The notes beneath the pieces were generated by a model. The model was not told the origin of the DNA. It saw nothing but the letters and a program-made list of their open reading frames with translations, and did not search any database. Below are positions 41,991 to 50,913 of a DNA stretch of 64,000 nucleotides, piece by piece. Position 1 is the first letter of the stretch. Every line of letters starts with the position of its first letter. This DNA is from an uncultured Acidobacteriota bacterium (lineage in GTDB: Bacteria > Acidobacteriota > Thermoanaerobaculia > Gp7-AA8). The DNA lies in the NCBI GenBank assembly GCA_963741955.1, contig CAVUKB010000007.1, forward strand, positions 768,001 through 832,000, read 5' to 3'. The position numbers and the translations under genes were made by a program.

Positions 41991-42470
41991 ATGGGCAAAG
42001 TGCTGCAGCGCCGGATCCGGCAGACGAGGTTCGAGAGCCCCTTCCAGGAAGCGGTGCTGAACCTCTATCTCGCCGCAAACCACGTCCGGGATCTCGAGGA
42101 GAAGGCGATGCGCGAGCGCGATCTGACCGGACCTCAGTACAACGTCCTGCGGATTCTGAAGGGAGTCCATCCGGAAGGGCACCCGCGCTGCGACATCGCA
42201 TCCCGAATGCTCGACCGCGCTCCTGACGTGACCCGTCTCATCGATCGTCTGGAGCAGAAGGGGCTGGTCGAGCGCGACCGCGACGCCAGCGACCGGAGAC
42301 TCTCGGTCACCCGCATCACGAAGAAGGGACTGGAGCTGGTGGACCGGATCACGGCCGAGCTCCGAATGTCGACGGACACTCTCGCGAAGCGGATCAATCC
42401 CGCGGATGCCCGGGAGCTCTCGCGGATCTGCGAGCTGATCTACGGAGACGAAGTCGAAGGTGAAGGATGA
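41991..42470 (+). CDS. MarR family transcriptional regulator
   Basis: LTGPQYNVLRIL, PDVTRLIDRLE..GLVER...DRR...ITKKG. Confidence 0.93.
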   Translation: MGKVLQRRIRQTRFESPFQEAVLNLYLAANHVRDLEEKAMRERDLTGPQYNVLRILKGVHPEGHPRCDIASRMLDRAPDVTRLIDRLEQKGLVERDRDASDRRLSVTRITKKGLELVDRITAELRMSTDTLAKRINPADARELSRICELIYGDEVEGEG

Positions 42471-42486
42471 CCCGGATTCTTCCCCA

Positions 42487-42504
42487 ATGTGTGTTACGAC
42501 ACAT
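42487..42504 (+). promoter_or_regulatory. Putative MarR operator (copy 2)
   Basis: ATGTGT-GTTACG-ACACAT inverted repeat upstream of doxX. Confidence 0.6.
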
Positions 42505-42549
42505 AGCGTCGTTACATCGAATCAGTCGAATCACATCGAAGGAGCTGCA

Positions 42550-42942
42550 ATGAAGAGATATCTCGATCCACTCGCCCGGTTTCTGGTCGCACTCATTTTC
42601 ATCCTCTCCGGCGTCAGCAAGATCGGCATGTTCGGAGGAGTGGCGGGGATGCTCGCAGCGAAGCACGTCCCTCTCGCACCGGTGGCGCTCGCGATCGCGA
42701 TAGCCATCGAGATCCTCGGCGGGGTGGGACTGCTGCTCGGCTTCCACACCCGCATCGCGGCAGGGCTTCTGATCATCATGCTGGTTCCGACGACCCTCCT
42801 GATTCACGTCGCCGGAATGGCCGATCCGGCCCAGGCGCAGCAGCAGCTCACGGAAGTTCTGAAGAACCTCGCCATCATCGGCGCGCTCATCCACTACGCC
42901 TCTGAAGGAGCGCGATCGTTCGCACTCGACCTCAGAGCCTGA
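42550..42942 (+). CDS. DoxX family membrane protein
   Basis: RFLVALIFILSGVSK, EILGG...LGFHTR, KNLAIIG. Confidence 0.9.
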   Translation: MKRYLDPLARFLVALIFILSGVSKIGMFGGVAGMLAAKHVPLAPVALAIAIAIEILGGVGLLLGFHTRIAAGLLIIMLVPTTLLIHVAGMADPAQAQQQLTEVLKNLAIIGALIHYASEGARSFALDLRA

Positions 42943-42978
42943 CCTCGGCACGCCGTTTGAGCGGAAAGGAGACCAGCC

Positions 42979-43575
42979 ATGAACGTCACGCTACGCAAGT
43001 CCGATCTGCCGGTTCACCCGATGTTCGTCGACCGATGGTCGCGACGCGCCTTCAGCCCTGAACCGATCGACCGCGCCACGCTCTCCACTCTCTTCGAAGC
43101 GGCGCGATGGTCGCCCTCTTCGATGAACGAGCAGCCGTGGTTCTTCCTCTTCGCGACCGCGGAGGAAGATCTCGAGCGCTTCCGTTCGGTCCTCGTGCCG
43201 GGCAACCGGACATGGGCGGATCACGCGCCGGTTCTGGTGATCGCATACGCACGAAAAAACTTTTCGAATGATCGTCCGAACCGTTGGGCGGGATTCGATA
43301 CCGGAGCGGCGTGGATGTCGCTCGCGCTGCAGGCGCATCATTCGGGACTGACCACGCACGCGATGGGCGGGTTCGAGCCGGAAGCCGCCCTCGAGCTTCT
43401 AGGCGACCTCGCTGACCAGTACGAGCCGATGGCGGTCATCGCCATCGGCCGCCCCGGCGACGCCTCATCGCTCGATGAGCCGCTCGCCTCGCGCGAGACG
43501 CCGAGCTCGCGACGGCCTCTCGGCGAGGTCGTGCACGAGGGGCCCATCGTCGCGAAGATCGCCGCGGCGGGATGA
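42979..43575 (+). CDS. Nitroreductase family protein
   Basis: RWSRRAF, EAARWSPSSMNEQPW, FDTGAA, HAMGGF. Confidence 0.93.
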   Translation: MNVTLRKSDLPVHPMFVDRWSRRAFSPEPIDRATLSTLFEAARWSPSSMNEQPWFFLFATAEEDLERFRSVLVPGNRTWADHAPVLVIAYARKNFSNDRPNRWAGFDTGAAWMSLALQAHHSGLTTHAMGGFEPEAALELLGDLADQYEPMAVIAIGRPGDASSLDEPLASRETPSSRRPLGEVVHEGPIVAKIAAAG

Positions 43576-43667
43576 AGTGTCGTCGAGGGTCGGGTACTCA
43601 ACGTCTGACCCTCGACCGGCGTCCTCGCGATCGGAGATTCTCCGGAACATCCCCTCACCACGTACGA

Positions 43668-43752
43668 CCTCCTCGCCTCCTCGCCTCTCGCCTCTCGCCT
43701 CTCGTCTCTCGCCTCTCGCCTCTCGTCTCTCGCCCCTCGCCTCTCGCCTCGC
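43668..43752. repeat. Heptamer tandem repeat (TCTCGCC)n, about 11 copies
   Basis: cctcgcctctcgcctctcgcctctcgtctctcgcctctcg... ending about 45 bp upstream of the Mo-enzyme operon. Confidence 0.9.
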
Positions 43753-43796
43753 CCGGCCCTATATTGGCCTTCTGAATGTCCGAATCGAGGTGACGC

Positions 43797-44435
43797 ATGT
43801 CGAAACGCTCTTCCTCGAGCTCCTCCGGGGTCTCGCGCCGGAGCTTCCTGAAGGGTGCAGGGCTCTCTGCCGCGGGAGCGGCAGTCCTGCAGTCCGGCCT
43901 CGCCGCAACGGAAGCAGCGGTCGAAGCGGTCCGCGACTCGCGGGTGATCGGTCCGGGGGCGGTTGCCATCGCGTTGATGGTCAACGGCGTGCGACGCACG
44001 CTTTCGGTCGAGCCGCGCACCACGCTCGCCGAAGCGCTCCGGAACCAGCTCGAACTGACCGGAACGAAGATCGGGTGCGACCGCGGAGCATGCGGCGCCT
44101 GCACGGTGTGGCTGGACGGCGTGCCGGTCTCCTCCTGCATGACGCTCGCGATCGACGTCGGGGGTCGCGAGGTGACCACCATCGAGGGCCTGGCGAAAGA
44201 GGGCCGGCTCCATCCCGTGCAGGAAGCGTTCGTCGCGAATGATGCGATGCAATGCGGCTTCTGCACTCCGGGGATGGTGATGAGCTGTGTGGCGCTGGTG
44301 GATCGCGTCCAGGATCCGACCCGCGAAGACGTGCAGGTCGCGACGAGCGGTAATCTCTGCCGCTGCGGAACCTACCCGAAGATCTTCGACGCGACACTCG
44401 CCGCGGCGAAGCAGCGGGGAAGGAAGGGGGTGTGA
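43797..44435 (+). CDS. 2Fe-2S subunit of xanthine/aldehyde oxidoreductase (PaoA/YagT-like), Tat-exported
   Basis: SRRSFLK Tat motif; GCDRGACGAC, QCGFC, CRC. Confidence 0.93.
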   Translation: MSKRSSSSSSGVSRRSFLKGAGLSAAGAAVLQSGLAATEAAVEAVRDSRVIGPGAVAIALMVNGVRRTLSVEPRTTLAEALRNQLELTGTKIGCDRGACGACTVWLDGVPVSSCMTLAIDVGGREVTTIEGLAKEGRLHPVQEAFVANDAMQCGFCTPGMVMSCVALVDRVQDPTREDVQVATSGNLCRCGTYPKIFDATLAAAKQRGRKGV

Positions 44436-44436
44436 G

Positions 44437-46776
44437 ATGGCCGCGAAGAAAAAGATCACGCTTCCGTTCGGCATCTCCACACGGAAGATCGGCTCGATCG
44501 AGCGTGAAGTTCCGGCCGCAGAGCCGCCGCCGCTCCCGCCGAACCCGGAGCTTCGTGTCATCGGAAAGAGAACGCCGCGCATCGACGGACGGCTGAAGGT
44601 CACCGGCGAGGCGCGTTACACGGCGGACGTCCGTCTGCCGGGAATGCTCTGGGCGACCATGGTCACCGCACCTCATCCGCATGCCCGCATCCGTTCGATC
44701 GACACGGCCGCGGCCGAAGCTCTCCCGGGCGTCAGAGCGGTGCACGTGATCGAGAACATCCAGGGGAGCGCCGTGGTCCGAGATCCGTCGAAAGAGCTCG
44801 TGAGCCGCTGGCCGATCGTCCGCTACGCCGGTCAGCCGATCGCGGCGGTCGCCGCGGTCTCTCCGGAGATCGCGGACGAAGCCGCGAGAAAGGTGAAAGT
44901 CGACTACGAGGTCTTTCCTTTCGTCGTGGACGAAGATCTCGCGCAGAAGGATTCTGCACCGCTCGTCTTTCCGGCCGCCGCAGATCAGGCGGGGACCGCG
45001 GGAGGAGGCGGTGGTCCGGCCGGAGTGCCGCAGAAGGGGAACGTCCGCGGACCGATGGGGCAACCGCGCGGCGACGTCGAGAAAGGATTCGCGGCGGCCG
45101 ACGTCAAGGTCGAGGCGGAGTACCGCACCCAGGTCCAGACTCACAGCGCGATGGAGACTCACGGCGCAGTTGCCGACTGGAATCCGGATGGTCTCACCGT
45201 CTGGGCCTCGACTCAGGGAACGGTCGGAGTGCGCGAAGAGCTGGCGGAGATTTTCGGGCTTCCGCAGAGCCGTGTCCGCGTGATCACCGAGTACATGGGC
45301 GGCGGCTTCGGCGCGAAGTTCGGAGCTGGGAATCCGGGAGTGGTCGCCGTGCACCTGTCGAAGAAGGCGGGAGCGCCGGTGCGGCTGATGCTCGACCGGC
45401 GCAACGAGCACCTCTCGGTCGGAAACCGCCCGAGCTCACACGTGAAGATGCGGGTCGGAGCGACGCGGGACGGAAAGATCACCGCCATCGACGCGCAGTC
45501 GTGGGGAACCGCGGGTGTCGGGACCGGCGCCGGTGCGCTCGCTCCCGCACGGAACATGTACGAGGTCGAGAACGTCGCGACGGCGGAGCACGACGTCTTC
45601 ACCAATGCGGGCCCGGCGGCTGCGATGCGTGCTCCGGGACATCCGCAGGGATGCTTCGCTCTCGAACAGAGCATCGACATGCTCGCGGAAAAGCTCGGAA
45701 TGGACCCACTGAAGCTGCGCGATCTGAACGACTCGCATCCGGCGCGCCGCGAAGAGCGACGGATCGGTGCGGAGCGATTCGGATGGTCAAGGCGTGACTC
45801 GATGCGCCGATCGGCCGGCCCGATCCGCTACGGCACCGGTGTCGCGCAGTCGGTCTGGTACCGGCTCGTCTCGATGACCGCCGCAGCAGAAGTGCGGATC
45901 CTGAGCGATGGTTCGGTCGAGCTCAGGAGCGCGGTTCAGGACATCGGGACCGGGATCCGGACCGTCCTCGCGCAGGTGGTCGCGGAAGAGCTCGGGCTCG
46001 ATCCGCGAGATGTCGCGATCCGCATCGGCGACACCGAATTTCCGCCCGGTCCGCAATCCGGCGGAAGCATGACCACCAGTTCGATCACTCCCGCAGCCCG
46101 GAACGCGGCCCATCAGGCCAGGACCACGATGCTGGAGCGGCTCGCGGGGTCGCTCGGCGTCCCCGACGAATCCGTCGAGTGGCGGAACGGACACGTGGTG
46201 GTGAAGGGAAAGGCGCCTCGGGAGATGACCTTCCGCGAGGCGGCGAGTCAGATGGGAGTTGCCGAGGTCTCCGGCCGCGCGGACCGATCGCCCGACTACG
46301 TCTCCCGGCAGCAGATGGCGATGCTCGGAGGAGTGCACTTCGCGGAAGTCTCGGTCGACACCGGAACCGGTTCGGTAAAAGTGGAGCGCGTACTGGCAGT
46401 GCACGACTGCGGTCGTCCGATGAACCCCCTCCAGCTCGAGAGTCAGATCAACGGGGGAATCATTCAGGGCATCTCCTACGCGCTCTACGAGAGCCGTATT
46501 CTCGACGGCAACCACGGGAAGATGGTCAATCCGAACCTCGAGCAGTACAAGATCGCCGGCGCTCGCGAGGTTCCGCCGATCGACGTCGTGATCCTCGAGG
46601 AATACAACGCCCTCTCGTCGACCGACGCGTTCGGCATCGGCGAGCCGGCGACCATACCGACTTCGGCCGCCATCGCGAACGCCATTCACGACGCGATCGG
46701 AGTGCGGCTGACGGATCTCCCGATCACGCCGGCGAAGATTCTCACCGCACTCGCAGAGAAGGGGAGGACGGCATGA
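44437..46776 (+). CDS. Molybdopterin-binding subunit of xanthine/aldehyde oxidoreductase (PaoC-like)
   Basis: KVTGEARY, GGGFGAK, MRAPG, QDIGTG, GIGEP. Confidence 0.95.
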   Translation: MAAKKKITLPFGISTRKIGSIEREVPAAEPPPLPPNPELRVIGKRTPRIDGRLKVTGEARYTADVRLPGMLWATMVTAPHPHARIRSIDTAAAEALPGVRAVHVIENIQGSAVVRDPSKELVSRWPIVRYAGQPIAAVAAVSPEIADEAARKVKVDYEVFPFVVDEDLAQKDSAPLVFPAAADQAGTAGGGGGPAGVPQKGNVRGPMGQPRGDVEKGFAAADVKVEAEYRTQVQTHSAMETHGAVADWNPDGLTVWASTQGTVGVREELAEIFGLPQSRVRVITEYMGGGFGAKFGAGNPGVVAVHLSKKAGAPVRLMLDRRNEHLSVGNRPSSHVKMRVGATRDGKITAIDAQSWGTAGVGTGAGALAPARNMYEVENVATAEHDVFTNAGPAAAMRAPGHPQGCFALEQSIDMLAEKLGMDPLKLRDLNDSHPARREERRIGAERFGWSRRDSMRRSAGPIRYGTGVAQSVWYRLVSMTAAAEVRILSDGSVELRSAVQDIGTGIRTVLAQVVAEELGLDPRDVAIRIGDTEFPPGPQSGGSMTTSSITPAARNAAHQARTTMLERLAGSLGVPDESVEWRNGHVVVKGKAPREMTFREAASQMGVAEVSGRADRSPDYVSRQQMAMLGGVHFAEVSVDTGTGSVKVERVLAVHDCGRPMNPLQLESQINGGIIQGISYALYESRILDGNHGKMVNPNLEQYKIAGAREVPPIDVVILEEYNALSSTDAFGIGEPATIPTSAAIANAIHDAIGVRLTDLPITPAKILTALAEKGRTA

Positions 46777-47765
46777 ACCGCTTCGAGTGGGTCTCGGTCT
46801 CGACGGTGGAGGGAGCGATCGCCCAACTCTCCCACGGGGCGACGGCGAAGGCGGGAGGGATCGATCTCCTCGACCGGATGAAGGAAGGTCTCGAGGAGCC
46901 GGAGAGAGTGGTGAATCTCCGTGGGATCGCGGGGCTCGACTCGATCACGGCAGACGACGGGGGATTGCATCTCGGTGCGCTGGCGACACTCGCGCAGATC
47001 GCCGCGTCGCCGGTTGTTCGTTCGCGGTGGCCCGCGCTCGCGACGGCCGCGCTCGGGGCCGCGACGCCTCAGATCCGGAACGCAGCGACTCTCGGCGGCA
47101 ATCTTCTGCAGCGGCCGCGATGCTGGTACTTCCGCTCCGCAGAGTTTCGCTGCCTCAGGAAGGGAGGGAGCGAATGTTTCGCCATTCCCGGTGAGAACCA
47201 GTACCACGCCGTCGTCGACAACGACATCTGCGCGATGGTCCATCCTTCGGCGGCCGCGATCCCGTTGATGGCTTACCGCGCGGTGCTCGAGGTCGCCGGT
47301 CCGGAGGGGAAGCGCGACATCCCTCTCGAGAGCTTCTTCGTCCTCCCGTCCGAAGACGTGACACGCGAGCATTCCCTTCCGCACGATTCGGTGGTGACCG
47401 GAATCCGGGTTCCTGCTCCTCCGAAAGGGGCCAGGTCTGCATATCTGAAGCAGGGGGAGAAGGAGTCGTTCGACTGGCCGCTCGCGGATGCGGCAGCGGT
47501 GCTGGTCATGGACGGCTCGCGCATTCGCAACGCCTCGATCGTCCTCGGCGCGGCCTCTCCCGTGCCGAAGAGGGCGGGAGCCGCGGAACAGTGGCTGGTA
47601 GGGAAACCTCTCGATGACGCGACCGCCCGTGAAGCGGCGCGGCGTGCGATGGAGGGAGCGACACCTCTCTCGAAGAACGGATGGAAGGTTCCGCTGTTCC
47701 AGACCGTGATCGCGCGGGTACTGCTCGCTGCGGCCGGCGGTCCGGCCGCGGGAGGAACGCGATGA
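46773..47765 (+). CDS. FAD-binding subunit (PaoB/YagS-like) with 4Fe-4S Cys insert
   Basis: AGGIDL, QIRNAATLGGNLLQRPRCWYFR...C.....C...C...HPS. Confidence 0.93.
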   Translation: MNRFEWVSVSTVEGAIAQLSHGATAKAGGIDLLDRMKEGLEEPERVVNLRGIAGLDSITADDGGLHLGALATLAQIAASPVVRSRWPALATAALGAATPQIRNAATLGGNLLQRPRCWYFRSAEFRCLRKGGSECFAIPGENQYHAVVDNDICAMVHPSAAAIPLMAYRAVLEVAGPEGKRDIPLESFFVLPSEDVTREHSLPHDSVVTGIRVPAPPKGARSAYLKQGEKESFDWPLADAAAVLVMDGSRIRNASIVLGAASPVPKRAGAAEQWLVGKPLDDATAREAARRAMEGATPLSKNGWKVPLFQTVIARVLLAAAGGPAAGGTR

Positions 47766-47992
47766 GCGGGGCTCCCGGGCGAATTCCGGACGTCTGTCAT
47801 CACCTGCGAACGAAGCAGACCGCGGCGACGGTGATCGACGGCGCGGCGCTCCCGTGGCAGATGGGAGAGAACGCCAGTGCGTGCTACTGGTGCATCGCGA
47901 CGACCGGCCCGGTCGGTCCGGACGAGAGGCCGGTGCATCCTCGCTCCTGCCTCGACGGAAGATCGTGCTGGAGAGGGACGCCCGCCGGGTAG
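47762..47992 (+). CDS. Small Cys-rich hypothetical protein
   Basis: ATGA overlap with the FAD subunit stop, SD GGAGG; CHHLRTK...CYWC..T...GPD...C.....C. Confidence 0.65.
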   Translation: MSGAPGRIPDVCHHLRTKQTAATVIDGAALPWQMGENASACYWCIATTGPVGPDERPVHPRSCLDGRSCWRGTPAG

Positions 47993-48066
47993 GCCCAAAT
48001 TCGCATCCCTGGAGCCCGGTACATTCTGCCGAGCGCTCGCTCACGTGAGAGACTGATGGCTTCACG

Positions 48067-48786
48067 ATGTCGTTCTACGGAGAAGATCTCGCATTCATTC
48101 ACGACCGGGGCTTTCGCCAATCGGTCGAAGCTGCGCCCGATCTCCTCGCCATTCTCGTGCGGGCCGGGATTGCCGGAGGGGCGGTGATCGATCTCGGATG
48201 CGGCAGCGGACTGTGGGCGAAAGAGCTCGTCCGTGCCGGATACCGGGTGAGCGGCATCGACATCTCCCCGGCCATGATCCGGATCGCGAAGAAGGAAGTT
48301 CCCGAAGCGAAATTCGTCGCCGGCTCTCTTTTCGACGCCCGACTCGGCGAATGCGATGCAGTTACCGCTCTCGGCGAGGTGATCGGGTACATCGCAGAGG
48401 CACGATCACGTCGCGGGATGCTCCGGACGTTCTTCCGGCGGGTTCACGATGCGCTCCGCCCCGGAGGACTCTTTCTCTTCGACGTGATCGTCACCCCTGG
48501 AAAGCCGATGAACTACCGCTACTGGACCGGCGGGGACGAGTGGGTCGTCCTGGTCGAGGTTCACGAGGACGTGGAAGCGCGACTCCTGACCAGACGGATC
48601 ATCACCTTCCGCCGGAGAGGCGCGGGCTATCGTCGCTCGGAAGAGATCCATCTCGTGCGTCTGTTCGAGCGTGAGCGCATCGAGGAGCTGCTCCGTGACG
48701 CGGGCTTCTCCGTGCGTGCCACCCGGCGATGGGGGCGATTCACTCTGCCGCCGCGGCGACTCGGATTTCAGGCGCGACACACCTGA
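48067..48786 (+). CDS. Class I SAM-dependent methyltransferase
   Basis: VIDLGCGSG, GIDISPAM, LRPGGLFLFD. Confidence 0.9.
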   Translation: MSFYGEDLAFIHDRGFRQSVEAAPDLLAILVRAGIAGGAVIDLGCGSGLWAKELVRAGYRVSGIDISPAMIRIAKKEVPEAKFVAGSLFDARLGECDAVTALGEVIGYIAEARSRRGMLRTFFRRVHDALRPGGLFLFDVIVTPGKPMNYRYWTGGDEWVVLVEVHEDVEARLLTRRIITFRRRGAGYRRSEEIHLVRLFERERIEELLRDAGFSVRATRRWGRFTLPPRRLGFQARHT

Positions 48787-48912
48787 CCTCCGCCCATTCC
48801 CGGCGACCGAGGATGCTCGAAACGGACCGTCCTTCGCCGTGCTGGAGCTCGTACCCCCTCCGTTCCCTACCTCCACTCTTTACCCGATCTCCACGCGTTC
48901 ACGCAGCGGAGT

Positions 48913-48928
48913 TGGCACCTCACTCGCT
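48913..48928 (+). promoter_or_regulatory. Putative sigma54 promoter
   Basis: TGGCAC-N5-TCGCT (GG-N10-GC spacing correct), 33 nt upstream of the PAS gene. Confidence 0.5.
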
Positions 48929-48960
48929 ACTCTGCAACGGACGAATGGAGGAGGTTGCTG

Positions 48961-49383
48961 ATGCTCAGCCACGGGAACGCTGCGGCTCACGACGACGAGT
49001 CGATCACGGTCATGGACCCGGATAACGCTTACGAATTTCCATACTCCGCATTCATGCGCCACGCATCGCGGCCGATCGTCGAATGCGATCTGCGGGGATT
49101 GATCCGCAGCGTGAACGACCGCTTCCTCGAAGTGACCGGCTGGAGCGTGCGGGAAGTGCTCGGTCGGCCGGTCGAGCAGGTGCTGGAAGAGCTCCCGGTC
49201 GATTGCGAACATCATCGGGATCACTACGACGCGCAGTTGCGGCGCCCTGCCGGCGAGCCGCTCGAGCTTCGAGCGTGCGACGCGGGATTGGTCGACGCGC
49301 GGGGCACTCGCATCGGAACTTTGAAGATCTGTTTCGAGTCGGTCACTGCTTCCGCCGAGGAACGTTGGCCGGAAGCGGTCTGA
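48961..49383 (+). CDS. Stand-alone PAS domain protein
   Basis: DLRGLIRSVNDRFLEVTGWSVREVLGRP PAS signature; SD GGAGGAGG. Confidence 0.78.
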   Translation: MLSHGNAAAHDDESITVMDPDNAYEFPYSAFMRHASRPIVECDLRGLIRSVNDRFLEVTGWSVREVLGRPVEQVLEELPVDCEHHRDHYDAQLRRPAGEPLELRACDAGLVDARGTRIGTLKICFESVTASAEERWPEAV

Positions 49384-49537
49384 CCGGAAGCCGCATCGGC
49401 GGGTTCTCGAGATCCCATCTTCGCGTGGCGTTGTCCCACCGCCAGTTCGCGGACGTGGCGACGACTGCCACTGGATGGTGCGGTACCGGTCGTGCAGGGA
49501 TCTCGTCTCGTCCGGCAAAGCGACGAGGGAGGCGACG

Positions 49538-49855
49538 ATGGAAGTCTATGATTTTCGGGCGATGGCGAAGTGGAGCGATGCCCGCTTCCAGTCGGTCGTG
49601 GTGTTCCGCGAGCCCTCGCAGCGGGGAATGCTCCTCTGCATGAAAGCGGGCCAGGAAGTGCCGGAGCATTCGGCGGACGGAGTCGTGTCGGTCCAGGCCA
49701 TCACCGGCCACGTCGTCTTCTGGGACGAAGAGACTCCGGCCGACCTCGTCCCCGGTCAGGCGGTCCGGGTGGACCGCGGACGTCGCCACCGGGTCGAAGC
49801 GAAGGAAGAATCGATTGTCTTCGTCACCATCACCGCGGTTCCTGATCAGACCTGA
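49538..49855 (+). CDS. Cupin domain protein
   Basis: AGQEVPEH, G...F...L.PGQ...HRVEA. Confidence 0.8.
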   Translation: MEVYDFRAMAKWSDARFQSVVVFREPSQRGMLLCMKAGQEVPEHSADGVVSVQAITGHVVFWDEETPADLVPGQAVRVDRGRRHRVEAKEESIVFVTITAVPDQT

Positions 49856-49888
49856 ACCGCAGTCGTTCCCCCTACCCTCTCGATATCG

Positions 49889-49904
49889 CGTGATCCGCGT
49901 CACA
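49889..49904 (+). promoter_or_regulatory. CRP/FNR-family-like box upstream of the NrfJ-like gene
   Basis: CGTGA-N6-TCACA (9/10 to TGTGA-N6-TCACA), followed by a weaker adjacent copy. Confidence 0.55.
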
Positions 49905-50004
49905 CCCGATCCGTGTCACGCGCGCATGTGATCCTCCGTTCCTCCTGATAGCGTTCGCCACCGTGGAACTGCGAAGAGAATCGCGGCCCTCACGGAGGCT
50001 CTCT

Positions 50005-50802
50005 TTGAACAAAATCATCATTGCGGGCGCCATCTCGCTCCTCCTGCTCGGATGCAGCGGAAAGGCGGACATCACCGCGACGAAACAGAAAACGGCTCCG
50101 GCGCCAGCCGCTGCCGAAGCGAAGGCGGAGGCACCCTCACCCTCTCTGGTCCGGGTCGAAGGGAAAGTGCTCGAGACGATGGACGCGGCCGGCTACACCT
50201 ACGTCCGGATGCAGACTCCGGCGGGCGAAGTCTGGGCCGCCGTCTCGGCGACGAAGCTGGAAAAGGGCGCCGACGTGGCGATCGACCAGCAGATGATCGC
50301 CGACAACTTCAAGTCCAGCACTCTGAACCGCACGTTCGATCACCTGATCTTCGGCACCATCGCCCCGGCAGGCTCTCCCGACCCGAACATGGCGGCGGCG
50401 ATTCCGGCCGCAGCCGAGCCGCCGGTTCCCGCCGCGCATGGAAAGATGGTCGCCGCGGCGGAGAAGGATGCGGCTCCGGTGAAGGTCGCCAGGGCGACCG
50501 GAGCGAACGCGAAGAGCGTCGCCGAGGTCTGGTCGGAGCGCAAGGCGCTCTCCGGAAAGCCGGTGGTGATCCACGCCAAGGTGGTCAAGTTTCTCCCGCA
50601 GATCATGGGTCGGAACTGGATTCACCTCCGGGATGGATCGGGATCCGCGGCGGCCAGCGACAACGATCTGGTGGTCACGACCCAGGACACCGCCGCGGAA
50701 GGCGACGTGGTCACTGTGACCGGAACGGTGCAGGCCGATCACGACCTGGGGAGGGGCCTGATCTACCAGGTGGTCGTGGTGGACGGAAAGGTCGCCAAAT
50801 AA
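50005..50802 (+). CDS. NrfJ-like double OB-fold lipoprotein
   Basis: Lipobox LLGC; GKVLETMDAAGYTYV...WAA; second domain KVVKF...IMGRNWIHLRDGSG; TTG start after GGAGG. Confidence 0.7.
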   Translation: MNKIIIAGAISLLLLGCSGKADITATKQKTAPAPAAAEAKAEAPSPSLVRVEGKVLETMDAAGYTYVRMQTPAGEVWAAVSATKLEKGADVAIDQQMIADNFKSSTLNRTFDHLIFGTIAPAGSPDPNMAAAIPAAAEPPVPAAHGKMVAAAEKDAAPVKVARATGANAKSVAEVWSERKALSGKPVVIHAKVVKFLPQIMGRNWIHLRDGSGSAAASDNDLVVTTQDTAAEGDVVTVTGTVQADHDLGRGLIYQVVVVDGKVAK

Positions 50803-50817
50803 GTTCAACCAAAGCTC

Positions 50818-50833
50818 TGTGAGGCACGTCACT
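50818..50833 (+). promoter_or_regulatory. CRP/FNR-family-like box upstream of mtrC
   Basis: TGTGA-N6-TCACT. Confidence 0.55.
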
Positions 50834-50913
50834 TCGACCCCGTATCGGAGTCACGTCCTTTTACCCCCGGCTGAAGAGAAAATCACCCTGCCACTATTGA
50901 AAGGGAGGCAAAC

